Shown piece after piece: positions 50,892-60,713 of a DNA stretch of 64,000 nt. The number at the start of each line of letters is the position of its first letter. Within the stretch, counting starts at the first letter, position 1. A program made the position numbers and the translations under genes. Below the pieces are notes generated by a model, which saw only the letters and a list, made by a program, of their open reading frames with translations, had not been told where the DNA came from and did not search any database. Origin of the DNA: Spirochaetaceae bacterium (GTDB taxonomy: Bacteria > Spirochaetota > Spirochaetia > DSM-2461); NCBI GenBank assembly GCA_051531975.1, contig JAOPTT010000002.1:32001-96000 (forward strand), given 5' to 3'.

Positions 50892-50953
50892 GGACGTTTC
50901 TATTCCATTAACACTTAAATTGTGAATTGTATAATTATTATGGAATATCGCCC
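50892..50953 (-). promoter_or_regulatory. Putative structured RNA leader (interrupted stem-loop)
   Basis: On the minus strand GGGCG/CGUCC and UAUUCCAU/AUGGAAUA pair in register, with an A versus GAAA internal loop. Confidence 0.45.
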
Positions 50954-50980
50954 TGTAGCCGTAACATACTAGAGTAATTA

Positions 50981-50996
50981 TGTTCAATATTGAACA
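50981..50996. promoter_or_regulatory. Perfect 16-bp palindrome TGTTCAATATTGAACA, putative operator
   Basis: Exact dyad directly after the antiterminator stop codon and about 105 nt upstream of the MarR-like gene. Confidence 0.6.
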
Positions 50997-51518
50997 CTAT
51001 ACATTGGATTCTAAATCTTGAAAAGAGAAATCTATTGTATGAGACTTATTATAAATTGATAATTGCACTTTTGCTCTTTTTTTACGTTTATCTACTTTTA
51101 TAATTTTTCCTTCGAATTCCTTTAAGGGACCGTCTTTTACAACTATTTTATCATTTTTATTAAAAAAAACTGTTGAAACTGTAGCTTTATACCCTCCAGT
51201 TAAAAAATTTCCCAATAGCTCTACATCCTGCTCTCTTAATGGAATAATATCCTTATTTGAATTAAGGAATTTATAGAAACCTTTGATAGTTTTTATTTTG
51301 TATAACAATTCTGGTGTTATATATTTTACTTCAAGAAATAAATATCCGTTAAACATTGGGCATGTTTTTAATTTGGTGTGACCATTTTTCTTTATATAAA
51401 GTTCTCTTGTTGGTAAAAGTACAGTTATTTGATTATCAAGTAAACATTCTATTTCATTCCTTATATTAACTTCTTTTCCACTCTCTACAAGCAGTACATA
51501 GTAGTTCTGTTTATTCAT
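50997..51518 (-). CDS. loaP: NusG-paralog transcription antiterminator (LoaP/UpxY/RfaH class)
   Basis: NGN domain (YVL.V.SGKE, PMFNGYLF) and KOW domain (V..GPLKEFEGKIIKVDKRKKRAKV); lies at the head of a polysaccharide operon. Confidence 0.8.
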   Translation of the reverse strand: MNKQNYYVLLVESGKEVNIRNEIECLLDNQITVLLPTRELYIKKNGHTKLKTCPMFNGYLFLEVKYITPELLYKIKTIKGFYKFLNSNKDIIPLREQDVELLGNFLTGGYKATVSTVFFNKNDKIVVKDGPLKEFEGKIIKVDKRKKRAKVQLSIYNKSHTIDFSFQDLESNV

Positions 51519-51581
51519 ATTATATATTTTATACTACTTTTAAATATTTACAAAAGGATAGATTTAAACTATTTTATTTGT

Positions 51582-52799
51582 ATGTCTGAAAATGAAGCGA
51601 TAAAAGAACAAGAAATTGACTTACTGAAATTAGTAAGTATATTACTCAAGAATATAAAATACGTTGTAATAATAACATCATTATTTATGATAGGAATTGT
51701 AATAATATCAGTAATGAGCATAAAACTTCCACCAGAAAAAAGTTTTTCACCAAATTTTTTCTCACCAACTACAACTGTAATGTTAAATAATAGTAGTAGC
51801 AGTGGTGGACTTGATTCTTTGCTTAGTAACTCAGGAATGGGTGCCCTTGCAGGTTTAGCTGGATTATCCGGAGGGGGAAGTGAAGTCACTGACGCATCCT
51901 TAGCAAAAAAGTTGATTACAACTAATCGATTTATAAATAAAATATCGGATGAGTTTAATTTAGCAGTAATATATAAGATTACTGATGTAGAATATCCCAA
52001 GACGACTTTAAAAAATATAATATTAGCAAAATTAAAAATAAGTGAAGAAAGTGATACAGGTATGTTGTCTATATCATATACTGATATAGATAAATACTTA
52101 GCTACAAAAATTGTGAATGGTGTAACTGAATTATTAGAAGAACAATTTGCAGAAATTGATACGATTAGAAACGAAGATCAGTTTTCAGTTATTACTGAGA
52201 AAATTAGCAATGTTAAAGCTGAACTTTATAGATTACAAAATGAGATAATTAAATTTCAAACTAAAAATAATATTATGGATGTTGGGTTAGTATCTGCTGC
52301 TTTATTAGGGCAAATGTCTGATTTTCAATCCCAATTATTACAAAAAGAGGTAGCTATTGAGAGTTATGGGGCTACATCTGCAGTTAAAGATCCAGGATAC
52401 ATTAGGTTAATTAATGAAAGAGACGCAATTTTAAATGCTTTACAAAAGCTTGAAAATGGTGAAGTAGGAAATTATCCTCCTGTTAAGGATTTACCTAAAC
52501 TTGCACTTGAACTAAAGAAGTTAGAATTGGAAGCAGGAGTTCAGTTGGCTGGTTATACTGCTTTGGTTCAACAGTCAGAAACATTAAAAATTACAGCAGA
52601 AGGAACAGGTTCAACTTTTCAGGTACTTGAGTTAGCAGAAGTTCCAGAGATGAAGAGTGGCCCCGGTCGTGCTAAATCATGCATTATAGTTACTTTTGTT
52701 GGGTTCTTTTGTAGTATATTTTTTGTATTCTTAAAAGAAGTTTGGCTAAATATTAAAAATGATCCAGAGAAGATGAAGAAATTAAGAGGTGAAGTATAA
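51582..52799 (+). CDS. Polysaccharide chain-length determinant (Wzz/GumC-like, no kinase domain)
   Basis: EIDL, N- and C-terminal TMs, coiled-coil middle, PEMKSGP.R. Confidence 0.85.
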   Translation: MSENEAIKEQEIDLLKLVSILLKNIKYVVIITSLFMIGIVIISVMSIKLPPEKSFSPNFFSPTTTVMLNNSSSSGGLDSLLSNSGMGALAGLAGLSGGGSEVTDASLAKKLITTNRFINKISDEFNLAVIYKITDVEYPKTTLKNIILAKLKISEESDTGMLSISYTDIDKYLATKIVNGVTELLEEQFAEIDTIRNEDQFSVITEKISNVKAELYRLQNEIIKFQTKNNIMDVGLVSAALLGQMSDFQSQLLQKEVAIESYGATSAVKDPGYIRLINERDAILNALQKLENGEVGNYPPVKDLPKLALELKKLELEAGVQLAGYTALVQQSETLKITAEGTGSTFQVLELAEVPEMKSGPGRAKSCIIVTFVGFFCSIFFVFLKEVWLNIKNDPEKMKKLRGEV

Positions 52800-54250
52800 T
52801 GAAAAAGTTTATTGGAATTGTACTGTTTGTTTTTATGTTTGTTTCTTTATCATTAGTTTATAGTGTTGATGTTGAACAGGTTATTGTTAACCAGTACCCT
52901 GATTACCCTGCAACACCTGGAGATGTTTATGAGATAGCATTTTCTAGAGCTGGTAGTGTTGCGATGACTATGATGAACGGGTTTGTTGATAACGATTATA
53001 TTATTGATTTATCCTTTTTAGGAACTGTTAATGTCCGAGGATTAACCTATGTAGAGATACAGGATGTACTACGGACTAAATTTACTAAAGCTTATCCAGG
53101 GTCCTTGGTTAATGTATCAATTAAAGTACCTGGAAAGTTTAAAGTTACCCTAATTGGAGAGGTTAAATCATCTGAAATTATAGAGGTGAACAGCCTAACA
53201 ACTCTTGCTTTGGTTTCTGTAGGTAAGACTACGGCTTATGCTGATTATAGAGCGGTAGAAGTAAGTTCTGAGGATGGAACTGTTAAAAGTTACGACCTGT
53301 TTAAATATAGTAGATTTGCTGATTTAAGGAATAACCCTTTCTTGAGACCAAACGATGTAATTACATATAGACCATATAATAAGATGGTTACAATATCTGG
53401 TCAGGTTAAGAGACCTGGAGTTTACCAGTTATTGGATACAGATACTTTAGATACTGTTATTAACCTATATTCAGACGGTTTTACTAAGCTTGCAGAGACC
53501 TCTAATATCTCTATAAAAAGAACATTAGAAGCTGATGGTTCTTACCAGGATACTACACTTTATATTGATGCTGTTAAGCAGAATCTGTCTATTATTAAAC
53601 TAAGTGATTACGATGTTATTAATATTGAAAACAGAGTGCAATATAACCCTAAAGTTGTAGTACAAGGTGCTATAACAACTACAGAAGGTGGTGCAACTGT
53701 TGGTAGTACTGTTTCTAATAAACTACCTGTTGTTATTACATCTGGTAGTAAAGTTTCTACTGTAATAAGCCAGATGGATGGAAGTTTTAATTTAACTTCA
53801 GACTTAGAAAATGCTTTTATTTTAAGGGGAACAGAGAGAATATTAGTCGATATTTCTGATGTTTTAAATAACCCTGCTAGTGAATATAATGTTGAAGTAA
53901 AAGATAAGGACATGATTGTTATACCATTTAGACAGTTACACGTTTACGTTGCTGGGTCTGTAAATAGTGCTAAGGCTGTCCCTTTTATTGAGGATAGAAC
54001 TGCAAATTATTACATTGGAATTGCTGGTGGTGTAAATAAAACAGAGAACCTATTTGGTAGTTATTCTGTTAAAGATATGTATGGAAATAAGTTAAAAGAT
54101 GATGTTATTATTAGCCCAGAGGATCTAATTTGGGTATCTAGAAACCATCCAATGTCGTATATAACAGAATATGGTGGTTGGTTAATTACTGTGGCCGCAA
54201 TTTTAACTGCTGCACAGAGTGTTGATACAATAATTGAAGCACTTCAATAG
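52799..54250 (+). CDS. SLBB-domain polysaccharide export protein (Wza/KpsD-like)
   Basis: Signal peptide; PGDVY, repeated V...G.V..PG SLBB motifs, YYIGIAGG. Confidence 0.82.
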   Translation: MKKFIGIVLFVFMFVSLSLVYSVDVEQVIVNQYPDYPATPGDVYEIAFSRAGSVAMTMMNGFVDNDYIIDLSFLGTVNVRGLTYVEIQDVLRTKFTKAYPGSLVNVSIKVPGKFKVTLIGEVKSSEIIEVNSLTTLALVSVGKTTAYADYRAVEVSSEDGTVKSYDLFKYSRFADLRNNPFLRPNDVITYRPYNKMVTISGQVKRPGVYQLLDTDTLDTVINLYSDGFTKLAETSNISIKRTLEADGSYQDTTLYIDAVKQNLSIIKLSDYDVINIENRVQYNPKVVVQGAITTTEGGATVGSTVSNKLPVVITSGSKVSTVISQMDGSFNLTSDLENAFILRGTERILVDISDVLNNPASEYNVEVKDKDMIVIPFRQLHVYVAGSVNSAKAVPFIEDRTANYYIGIAGGVNKTENLFGSYSVKDMYGNKLKDDVIISPEDLIWVSRNHPMSYITEYGGWLITVAAILTAAQSVDTIIEALQ

Positions 54251-54256
54251 ATAGTT

Positions 54257-54279
54257 GGTGCTAGTTATCTGCTAGCACC
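54257..54279. terminator. Hairpin between convergent genes (GGTGCTAG-N7-CTAGCACC)
   Basis: Perfect 8-bp stem in the 36-nt gap between two stop codons; no clear U-tract on either side. Confidence 0.45.
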
Positions 54280-54286
54280 TACAAAA

Positions 54287-55138
54287 TTATTTATTTTTCG
54301 AAACCTTAATAGATTTAACTTCCTGTACAGTTAATTTGGTAGTTTTTGCAATAAGTTCTACAGGTAAATTTTCTTTTAACAATTCTAAGGCTATAAGTTC
54401 TTTTTCTTGTTCTCGACCTTGTTTTAATCCTTTTTCGATACCTTGTTCCACTGATGACTTCTGGATATAATTATACTCTTTTCTTTTATGCTGGATTTCT
54501 AGTTCATCCTCGGTTAAACCAGCCTCATTAACACTATCTAAAGCCTGAATTACAGTTGGATCAAAATTAGTGGGAACATATTCTAAACTACCAGCATTTT
54601 TTAAAAAATATATCCATTGATCTTTAATATCTTCTAAATCATCTAATTGATTTGTAAATTTAGGTAGTTCAATAAAAATAAGTTCTATATCGTCAGAGTA
54701 ACTAATAAAGGACTCTTTTTCTAATAGTTTAAATCTATTAATAACCTCTATTGATTCTGGAAACATTTCAAAATCAACAATTGTTAAAGCGATAACAGGG
54801 TTTAATAGAGTATACTCATCCTTTCTTTTTAGTTGAATAGAGTAATTTTTTGCAGCATTATAAAGTATTCGTTTCTCAAAGCCCTGATGGTTTAGAACCT
54901 GCATCTCGATAATAACTTTAGAATTATCATCTAGTACTGCTTTTACATCTACGAAAGAATCTTTCATACCTTGTAACATAGGAATATTATATGGGTCTAC
55001 AATTTCTAAATCTTTTATTTGTCTATTATTAGGAAAATCAACTATTGAATTTAAAAAACTAATTAATATTCTTTTATTCTCTACACTTCCAAAAACTTTT
55101 TTAAAAGCAAAATCTGTTTTAACATCTAAAAAATACAT
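54287..55138 (-). CDS. Rpn family recombination-promoting nuclease / PD-(D/E)XK putative transposase (paralog of 4995-5843)
   Basis: Same motifs as the other copy (DFAFKKVFG, IIEMQ, FIELPKF); different C-terminal tail. Confidence 0.9.
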   Translation of the reverse strand: MYFLDVKTDFAFKKVFGSVENKRILISFLNSIVDFPNNRQIKDLEIVDPYNIPMLQGMKDSFVDVKAVLDDNSKVIIEMQVLNHQGFEKRILYNAAKNYSIQLKRKDEYTLLNPVIALTIVDFEMFPESIEVINRFKLLEKESFISYSDDIELIFIELPKFTNQLDDLEDIKDQWIYFLKNAGSLEYVPTNFDPTVIQALDSVNEAGLTEDELEIQHKRKEYNYIQKSSVEQGIEKGLKQGREQEKELIALELLKENLPVELIAKTTKLTVQEVKSIKVSKNK

Positions 55139-55202
55139 AAAGCCTCCTATATTGATATATGAATAAACTAAATATAAATTCAGATTATATGCTAATAATT
55201 TA

Positions 55203-57152
55203 TTATAGCAGTGATATCGGGTCGACGTCTATCTCAATGTAGATGTAGGCCGGTTTCTTAGTCTGCTCCAGGTGGGCATATGTTAGGCCGTGGGTTTTGT
55301 TTAAGTTATTGGTTCTTATTAGGATCTGGTGACGGTAGTTTCCTGCAATTATACTTAATGGGCACTCGGAAGGACCTAGAAGTTCTGCAGTGTTATTTAA
55401 TTTAGGTTCTAAATCTTTAGCAAACTGGTTTATAAATGTTAGGAGTTCTCCAAGTCTTTTAGACCTAAAAACTAATCTTATCATTCTAGTATATGGGGGG
55501 AACTCTAACAGTTCCCGTGTTTGTAACTCTTCAGTATAAAAGGTTTGTAAGTCGTTTTTAGCAGCTAATGTTATGGCTCTGTTCTCTGGCATGTAAGTTT
55601 GTATAACTACTTCACCATCTGGGGCGTATCGCCCTGCTCTTCCTGCTACCTGGACTATTAGACCAAAGGAACGCTCCCCTGCCCTAAAGTCCGGCATTTT
55701 AAGGCCTGTATCCGCCATTATAATCCCAACAAGCTTAACACCTGGGAAGTTTAGACCCCGGGCTACCATCTGAGTACCTAATAACAGATCAATTTTACCC
55801 TTCTGGAAACTGTTTAAAGTCTTTTTTAATATGCCCTTTTTAGTAATAGTATCACTATCTAACCGGGCTATTGTAAATGTAGGGAAGAGTTTTTCTACCT
55901 CCTCCTCTATATGCTCAGTTCCAAAACCACTGGAACCAATATCTAAACTTTTACAATCTGGGCATACTTTTATAGGGTAAGTCTGGAATCCACAGTAGTG
56001 GCAAACCATTCTGTTTTTATTTTTATGATAGGTTAGTGATACTGAACAGTTCCTGCATACCATCTCGTACCCACAACTATTACAGTGGAAGAAGTAGGAG
56101 AAGCCACGTCTATTTAAAAACAGGATTGTCTGCCTTCCCTCATCATGTGTCTGGTTTATTTTATCAACTAATGTCTTGCTTAAAACATGTTTCTCCCGTT
56201 TCATATCTACAATTGTAGCTTTTGGCATGGCACCACCAGATAACCTTTTAGATAGAGTGAGTTTTTTGATTATTCCATCTTCCATCAGTTTCCATGACTC
56301 AACCGATGGCGTTGCACTACCTAAAACAAGTTTAGCATTTTGCATTTTAGCTCTTTTCATAGCAACCTGCCGTGCAGAATACCTTGGAGTATTAGAGGAT
56401 TTATAAGAGTTCTCGTGCTCTTCGTCTATAATAATTAGACCAAGGTTACTACAGGGAGCAAATATTGCACTTCTAGCACCAATTATTAGTGGAGCTTCCC
56501 CACTTTGTATCCGACGCCACTCTGTTAACCTTTGGGATGGTGTTAAATGAGAGTGAAGAATTGCTACACCCTGGGTGAACCTGGATTTTAATGTATCTAC
56601 AACCTGATGGGTTAGAGATATCTCAGGTACCAGATATATTACCGATTGTCCTAACTCTAAAACCTGCTTTGCTGCCTGTAAAAAGACCTCAGTCTTCCCA
56701 CTTCCTGTTATTCCATAGAGATAAAATATAGATTCTTTGTCATTAATTATGGCATCTATTGCTGTTTTTTGTTCATCGGATAATATTATATTTTTAGGGT
56801 CAGGAATGTCCTCTATTGCTAGATCAGGCAGACCTTTCTCTCTCTTTCCCCCAGGTAACATGGTACTTAGGGCCTCCCCTACACTGCACATTGTAAAATC
56901 TGCAACCCAGCTAGCTAACTTTAGGGTAATATCGTCGTATAAAGGTTCTTTATCAATAACTCTAATTATAGGGTTTGCCTTAAATTCTGTAGGTTCATTA
57001 TCTGTCTTACCTATTACAAAACCAATTAGTTTTCGTCTACCTAACATAACTTCTACTCTAAAACCTAGATCTGTCTTATTATCCTCTAGGTCTTTATAGG
57101 TATAGGTCGCTTTTACTGGAATATTAAAAACAACCAGTAGGTAATTATCCAT
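55203..57152 (-). CDS. priA: Primosomal protein N' (replication restart helicase)
   Basis: GITGSGKTEV, DEEHE.SYK, LNRRG, four CxxC motifs, QVAGRAGR, IDVDP. Confidence 0.96.
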   Translation of the reverse strand: MDNYLLVVFNIPVKATYTYKDLEDNKTDLGFRVEVMLGRRKLIGFVIGKTDNEPTEFKANPIIRVIDKEPLYDDITLKLASWVADFTMCSVGEALSTMLPGGKREKGLPDLAIEDIPDPKNIILSDEQKTAIDAIINDKESIFYLYGITGSGKTEVFLQAAKQVLELGQSVIYLVPEISLTHQVVDTLKSRFTQGVAILHSHLTPSQRLTEWRRIQSGEAPLIIGARSAIFAPCSNLGLIIIDEEHENSYKSSNTPRYSARQVAMKRAKMQNAKLVLGSATPSVESWKLMEDGIIKKLTLSKRLSGGAMPKATIVDMKREKHVLSKTLVDKINQTHDEGRQTILFLNRRGFSYFFHCNSCGYEMVCRNCSVSLTYHKNKNRMVCHYCGFQTYPIKVCPDCKSLDIGSSGFGTEHIEEEVEKLFPTFTIARLDSDTITKKGILKKTLNSFQKGKIDLLLGTQMVARGLNFPGVKLVGIIMADTGLKMPDFRAGERSFGLIVQVAGRAGRYAPDGEVVIQTYMPENRAITLAAKNDLQTFYTEELQTRELLEFPPYTRMIRLVFRSKRLGELLTFINQFAKDLEPKLNNTAELLGPSECPLSIIAGNYRHQILIRTNNLNKTHGLTYAHLEQTKKPAYIYIEIDVDPISLL

Positions 57153-57792
57153 TTAGGCTACTAATTACTAGTTTTAGATCGTCCCAAACTGGGGCTCTAA
57201 GTGCTTCGTAGTTCTCTAATGCAACTTCTGGGTGGTATGTATTTACTACAGGAATGCCTTTAAATAAGTGTACATGACCTCTTAAATGTTCTAAACCCTG
57301 GGTTGAATCGGTTAAAACCTGGGCAGGCCTCTCTCCTAGGGTTAAAATAACCTTTGGTTTAAGACGTTTTATCTCCTCTTCTAGGTGATTAAAACATGTG
57401 GAGATCTCCTCTTCTAGGTTATGAGCACCGTTAAAGCCCCGTTTATTCCAACCTGTTTTACACTTTAAAAGATTAGTTATGTAACAGTCTGCAAAGGCTG
57501 AGAGTTTTAAAGCACCAATCCACTTATTTAAAAACTCTCCACACTCACCAGCTAAGGGTGAATTCTCCTCTTCATCCTGGTTTATAGGCCATGTTCCAAC
57601 TATTAAAAGTTGTGGATTATCAGAACCTTTACCATAAACAATGCTATTTCTAATCAGATATAGGGGACAATCCCTACACTCTGTATCTTTTTTATCAGTT
57701 GCTAGATTAAATTCTGGTACTGGATGTTCTTCTTTGTAACCATAGTTAATTTTATCTTCTACTAAGTTTAATAAATCCCAAAATTCTTTCAT
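57145..57792 (-). CDS. Uracil-DNA glycosylase family 4
   Basis: C..C.L...R, YITNLLKC, TYHP; adjacent to priA. Confidence 0.85.
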   Translation of the reverse strand: MKEFWDLLNLVEDKINYGYKEEHPVPEFNLATDKKDTECRDCPLYLIRNSIVYGKGSDNPQLLIVGTWPINQDEEENSPLAGECGEFLNKWIGALKLSAFADCYITNLLKCKTGWNKRGFNGAHNLEEEISTCFNHLEEEIKRLKPKVILTLGERPAQVLTDSTQGLEHLRGHVHLFKGIPVVNTYHPEVALENYEALRAPVWDDLKLVISSLNG

Positions 57793-58532
57793 GCTGGGTA
57801 TTCTACCTTATTAAGGAAAAGACCTCTAGCAGGAGCTGTAGTTCCAACTAAACTTCTGTCTTTAGATTCTAAAATCTTTTTTAACTGCTGTGGAGTTTGG
57901 TTTTTCCATGCCATATCTAACAATGTTCCTGTAACCGAACGTACCATACGTTGTAAAAAGGCGTTTCCACATATTTTAAAAACTATAAACTCACCTTCTG
58001 GGTAGAATATAGCACTATAAATTGTTCTTATTTTTGTTGGAGCTTGATCCCCTGCTGCTGCAAAAGTAGTAAAATCGTGTTCACCTATTAGCTCTCTTGC
58101 TAATTCGTTTAACAGTTTAAGATCTAGTGGTTTCCGAACTAAATAACAAAAATCCCTATAACGTGGGTGACCTACACTGCCTAATTTTAGATAATATTTA
58201 TATGTTCTTCTATATGCAAGGAACCTGGAGTGAAATGTTAAATCCACCTCCTTACTACTTGTAATTCTAATGTCTAAGGGTAGTAGAGAGTTTATAGCCT
58301 TTCTATAATTTTCTGCTGGAATAGAGTCTATATCAGATAAAAAGTTAACTACCTGCATATCGGCATGTACTCCACTATCTGTTCTACCGGAACCTATAAT
58401 ATCCACATGTTTTTTATGCATTTTGCTAAGGGCGTCTTCGATTACCCCCTGTACAGTTGTTTCATTTGGCTGAATTTGCCACCCACAATAGTTTTTACCA
58501 TCGTAGGCTATATCCAGTCTAATATTACGCAT
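57789..58532 (-). CDS. truA: tRNA pseudouridine(38-40) synthase
   Basis: YDG....GWQ.Q, GRTDSGVHA, GEHDF, FLQRMVR, TAPARGL.L. Confidence 0.96.
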   Translation of the reverse strand: MRNIRLDIAYDGKNYCGWQIQPNETTVQGVIEDALSKMHKKHVDIIGSGRTDSGVHADMQVVNFLSDIDSIPAENYRKAINSLLPLDIRITSSKEVDLTFHSRFLAYRRTYKYYLKLGSVGHPRYRDFCYLVRKPLDLKLLNELARELIGEHDFTTFAAAGDQAPTKIRTIYSAIFYPEGEFIVFKICGNAFLQRMVRSVTGTLLDMAWKNQTPQQLKKILESKDRSLVGTTAPARGLFLNKVEYPA

Positions 58533-59397
58533 TAAGTTCTTCCTCTAATGTTTTTAATTCATTTTTAATTTGGCTATGCAGATCTCTTGCATTTTCTACA
58601 AAGTCAGATGGTTTTGATTTTGAAGATTTACCCATACCTACAATTCTAGATATTGTTATTTTAGCACTACCTAAGGATTTTAATCTGGCTTTTTTATTAT
58701 CTTTAGGGCCATATTTATACTCTAAAAGTCCTGCTAAAAACAGAGCTCCATCGTAACCGTGGTTATGGTCTATATCTGGGCCAAAGTTTGGTATATCTTC
58801 GTAGAATTCCCTCTCATCAGCTTCAGCTAATACAACTTCGGTGTAAAAAAACTGGGCTTTTCTGTAAAAGATACCACTTAGGTAATCAAAGTTTTCACCT
58901 GGATCATTTAGGTGGTAGTCGTGACATAACCAGGCGGCTCTTAGGGCACTTAAGCCCTGTCTAAAAAGAGGCTGATGGCTATGTTCCATTTTATCGTAGC
59001 ACATTATTGCTAATATATAACTTAGGATACCTTCTTGTATTGTTCTATTTTGGTTAAATTTATACCTTGGAAAGAGGTTTTTTGCTTCACCTTTCCTCTC
59101 TGCTTTAGAGTCTGCTAGCTTATGTACTGCCTCTGTGGATATATTCTCAAAGTCTGATAAATAAGCTGAATATAGGCACTCGGGACAAACTGCTACAGTA
59201 TATATTAAAGGGTGAACATCTCCATATTTTATGGTTGGGATATAGAGTCTGTGTAACTCCTCTGTTAAATTCCCGGCATTCATCCGTCCACCACCACTTA
59301 GTAGTTCCTCTTTAGCAAAAGAGTGACTACAAACAGGGCACACTGTATTGTTTTTTGCATAAAAACTGATTTTACCTTTTTTTACTTCATCTGACAC
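58525..59397 (-). CDS. DUF2225 family protein (putative zinc-binding)
   Basis: CPVC...P.IY.V.VCPECLY and LRAAW motifs. Confidence 0.75.
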   Translation of the reverse strand: MSDEVKKGKISFYAKNNTVCPVCSHSFAKEELLSGGGRMNAGNLTEELHRLYIPTIKYGDVHPLIYTVAVCPECLYSAYLSDFENISTEAVHKLADSKAERKGEAKNLFPRYKFNQNRTIQEGILSYILAIMCYDKMEHSHQPLFRQGLSALRAAWLCHDYHLNDPGENFDYLSGIFYRKAQFFYTEVVLAEADEREFYEDIPNFGPDIDHNHGYDGALFLAGLLEYKYGPKDNKKARLKSLGSAKITISRIVGMGKSSKSKPSDFVENARDLHSQIKNELKTLEEELNA

Positions 59398-59772
59398 TTA
59401 GGCCTCCAATATAACTTGGGCTATGGCATACTCTTTTTCGTGGCTTATAGAAAGGTGTATGCTCCATTTCTCTGCCATTAAGTCTAGTTTATCTTTAACC
59501 TTCTGATTAGGTTCTATATGAGGTTTTCCATTAGAATCGTTAATAACTGTGATATCTTTAGAGTTAAATCCGTTAAAACCTGTTCCTAGGGCTTTATAAA
59601 AGGCCTCTCTTGCAGCAAATCGACCTGCTAAACTCTGGGCAGCACCAACTCCCCTGCTTTTTACATACTCTATTTCGGAAGTATTAAAAAACTTATCTAA
59701 AAAACTTTGGTTATTTATTAACTTTTTAAATCTGGATATTTTTGTTAAATCTATACCTGTACCTAATATCAA
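59398..59772 (-). CDS. acpS: Holo-[acyl-carrier-protein] synthase
   Basis: GTGIDL, AGRFAAREA..KALGTG, GKP, LSISHE..YA.A. Confidence 0.95.
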   Translation of the reverse strand: MILGTGIDLTKISRFKKLINNQSFLDKFFNTSEIEYVKSRGVGAAQSLAGRFAAREAFYKALGTGFNGFNSKDITVINDSNGKPHIEPNQKVKDKLDLMAEKWSIHLSISHEKEYAIAQVILEA

Positions 59773-60713
59773 TTAGAGGCTCCTGTTTTCCTTTTAACCA
59801 CTATAGTTACAATATCTACAGATTTATCGTATACATGGGCGTATTTAGGAGTCCAATATGTTAATGGAACATCGTAAATCCCTGGGGCTGTTATATCTGA
59901 TAGGTATAGGGTTAGGGATATATTACTTTTTGTAAAGTTTTGCAGACTCAGTAATTTACCCTCAACGTTTACACTAACCTGGGGAAGTTCGCTGGTTACT
60001 TCTAAACTTGCTGATAACTCTTTAATAGCGATATTTACATTTTCTAGAATCTTAATTGAACTTGTCTCTGTTATTATACCCTGAAAATCTACAAATTCAC
60101 CTTCGGGAAATGATAACCTGGAATCAGACCGGCTTAATTTAACTCTAGTGGTAAAATCTGTATCCTTACCTGTAACATCCACGGGCTCTGTCTGTATGGT
60201 TTCTAAATCCTGTAAGTGGCTTTTAGGCCCGGTTACACTAATAACTTTAGGATGAACAAAACGACTACTAATTTCATAACCATGGGCAGGGATTCCAGTA
60301 ATAATACTCTCGACCCTTAGATATTTAGTCATTTTTTGCTCTATTACTGCGGTAATAAATATAGGACTAACTGTAATTTCTACATTTTGTGTCTGACCAA
60401 ATACTTTTTCTTGTCTTATTAATATAGGTAACTGATAGGTTCCATCTTCAACAATATCGCTTGCATCTATATACGCTATAATATCGCTTATTGGTACTTT
60501 CTGAATCTCAGACTCTTCACCTTTTAATATAAGTGTAACCCGCTCTGGTAGTGGATTTGTAAAGGTATAATTATTATTTGTAATAGCTTCTAAAAAGACT
60601 ACAACAGGTTCCTCTTTTAGAGCATTAGCCCTAGTAAAAAACACTAATAACATAGCTATTATTAGACAGAGAACCTTAACATGCCAATTATGAAGTATTC
60701 TAGTTATTCTCAT
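59769..60713 (-). CDS. cdaR: CdaR/YbbR-domain protein
   Basis: NW..K.L N-terminal TM, YbbR repeats (G.PA.GY...V.P...V.GP); follows dacA. Confidence 0.85.
   Translation of the reverse strand: MRITRILHNWHVKVLCLIIAMLLVFFTRANALKEEPVVVFLEAITNNNYTFTNPLPERVTLILKGEESEIQKVPISDIIAYIDASDIVEDGTYQLPILIRQEKVFGQTQNVEITVSPIFITAVIEQKMTKYLRVESIITGIPAHGYEISSRFVHPKVISVTGPKSHLQDLETIQTEPVDVTGKDTDFTTRVKLSRSDSRLSFPEGEFVDFQGIITETSSIKILENVNIAIKELSASLEVTSELPQVSVNVEGKLLSLQNFTKSNISLTLYLSDITAPGIYDVPLTYWTPKYAHVYDKSVDIVTIVVKRKTGASN

Noticed and set aside
50877..50960. Hammerhead ribozyme in the leader (GAAAC next to stems)
   Set aside because: The required CUGANGA core and three-stem junction are absent.
51569..52000. 143-aa minus-strand ORF just upstream of loaP
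   Set aside because: Antisense shadow of the well-supported wzz-like gene; no recognisable motifs.
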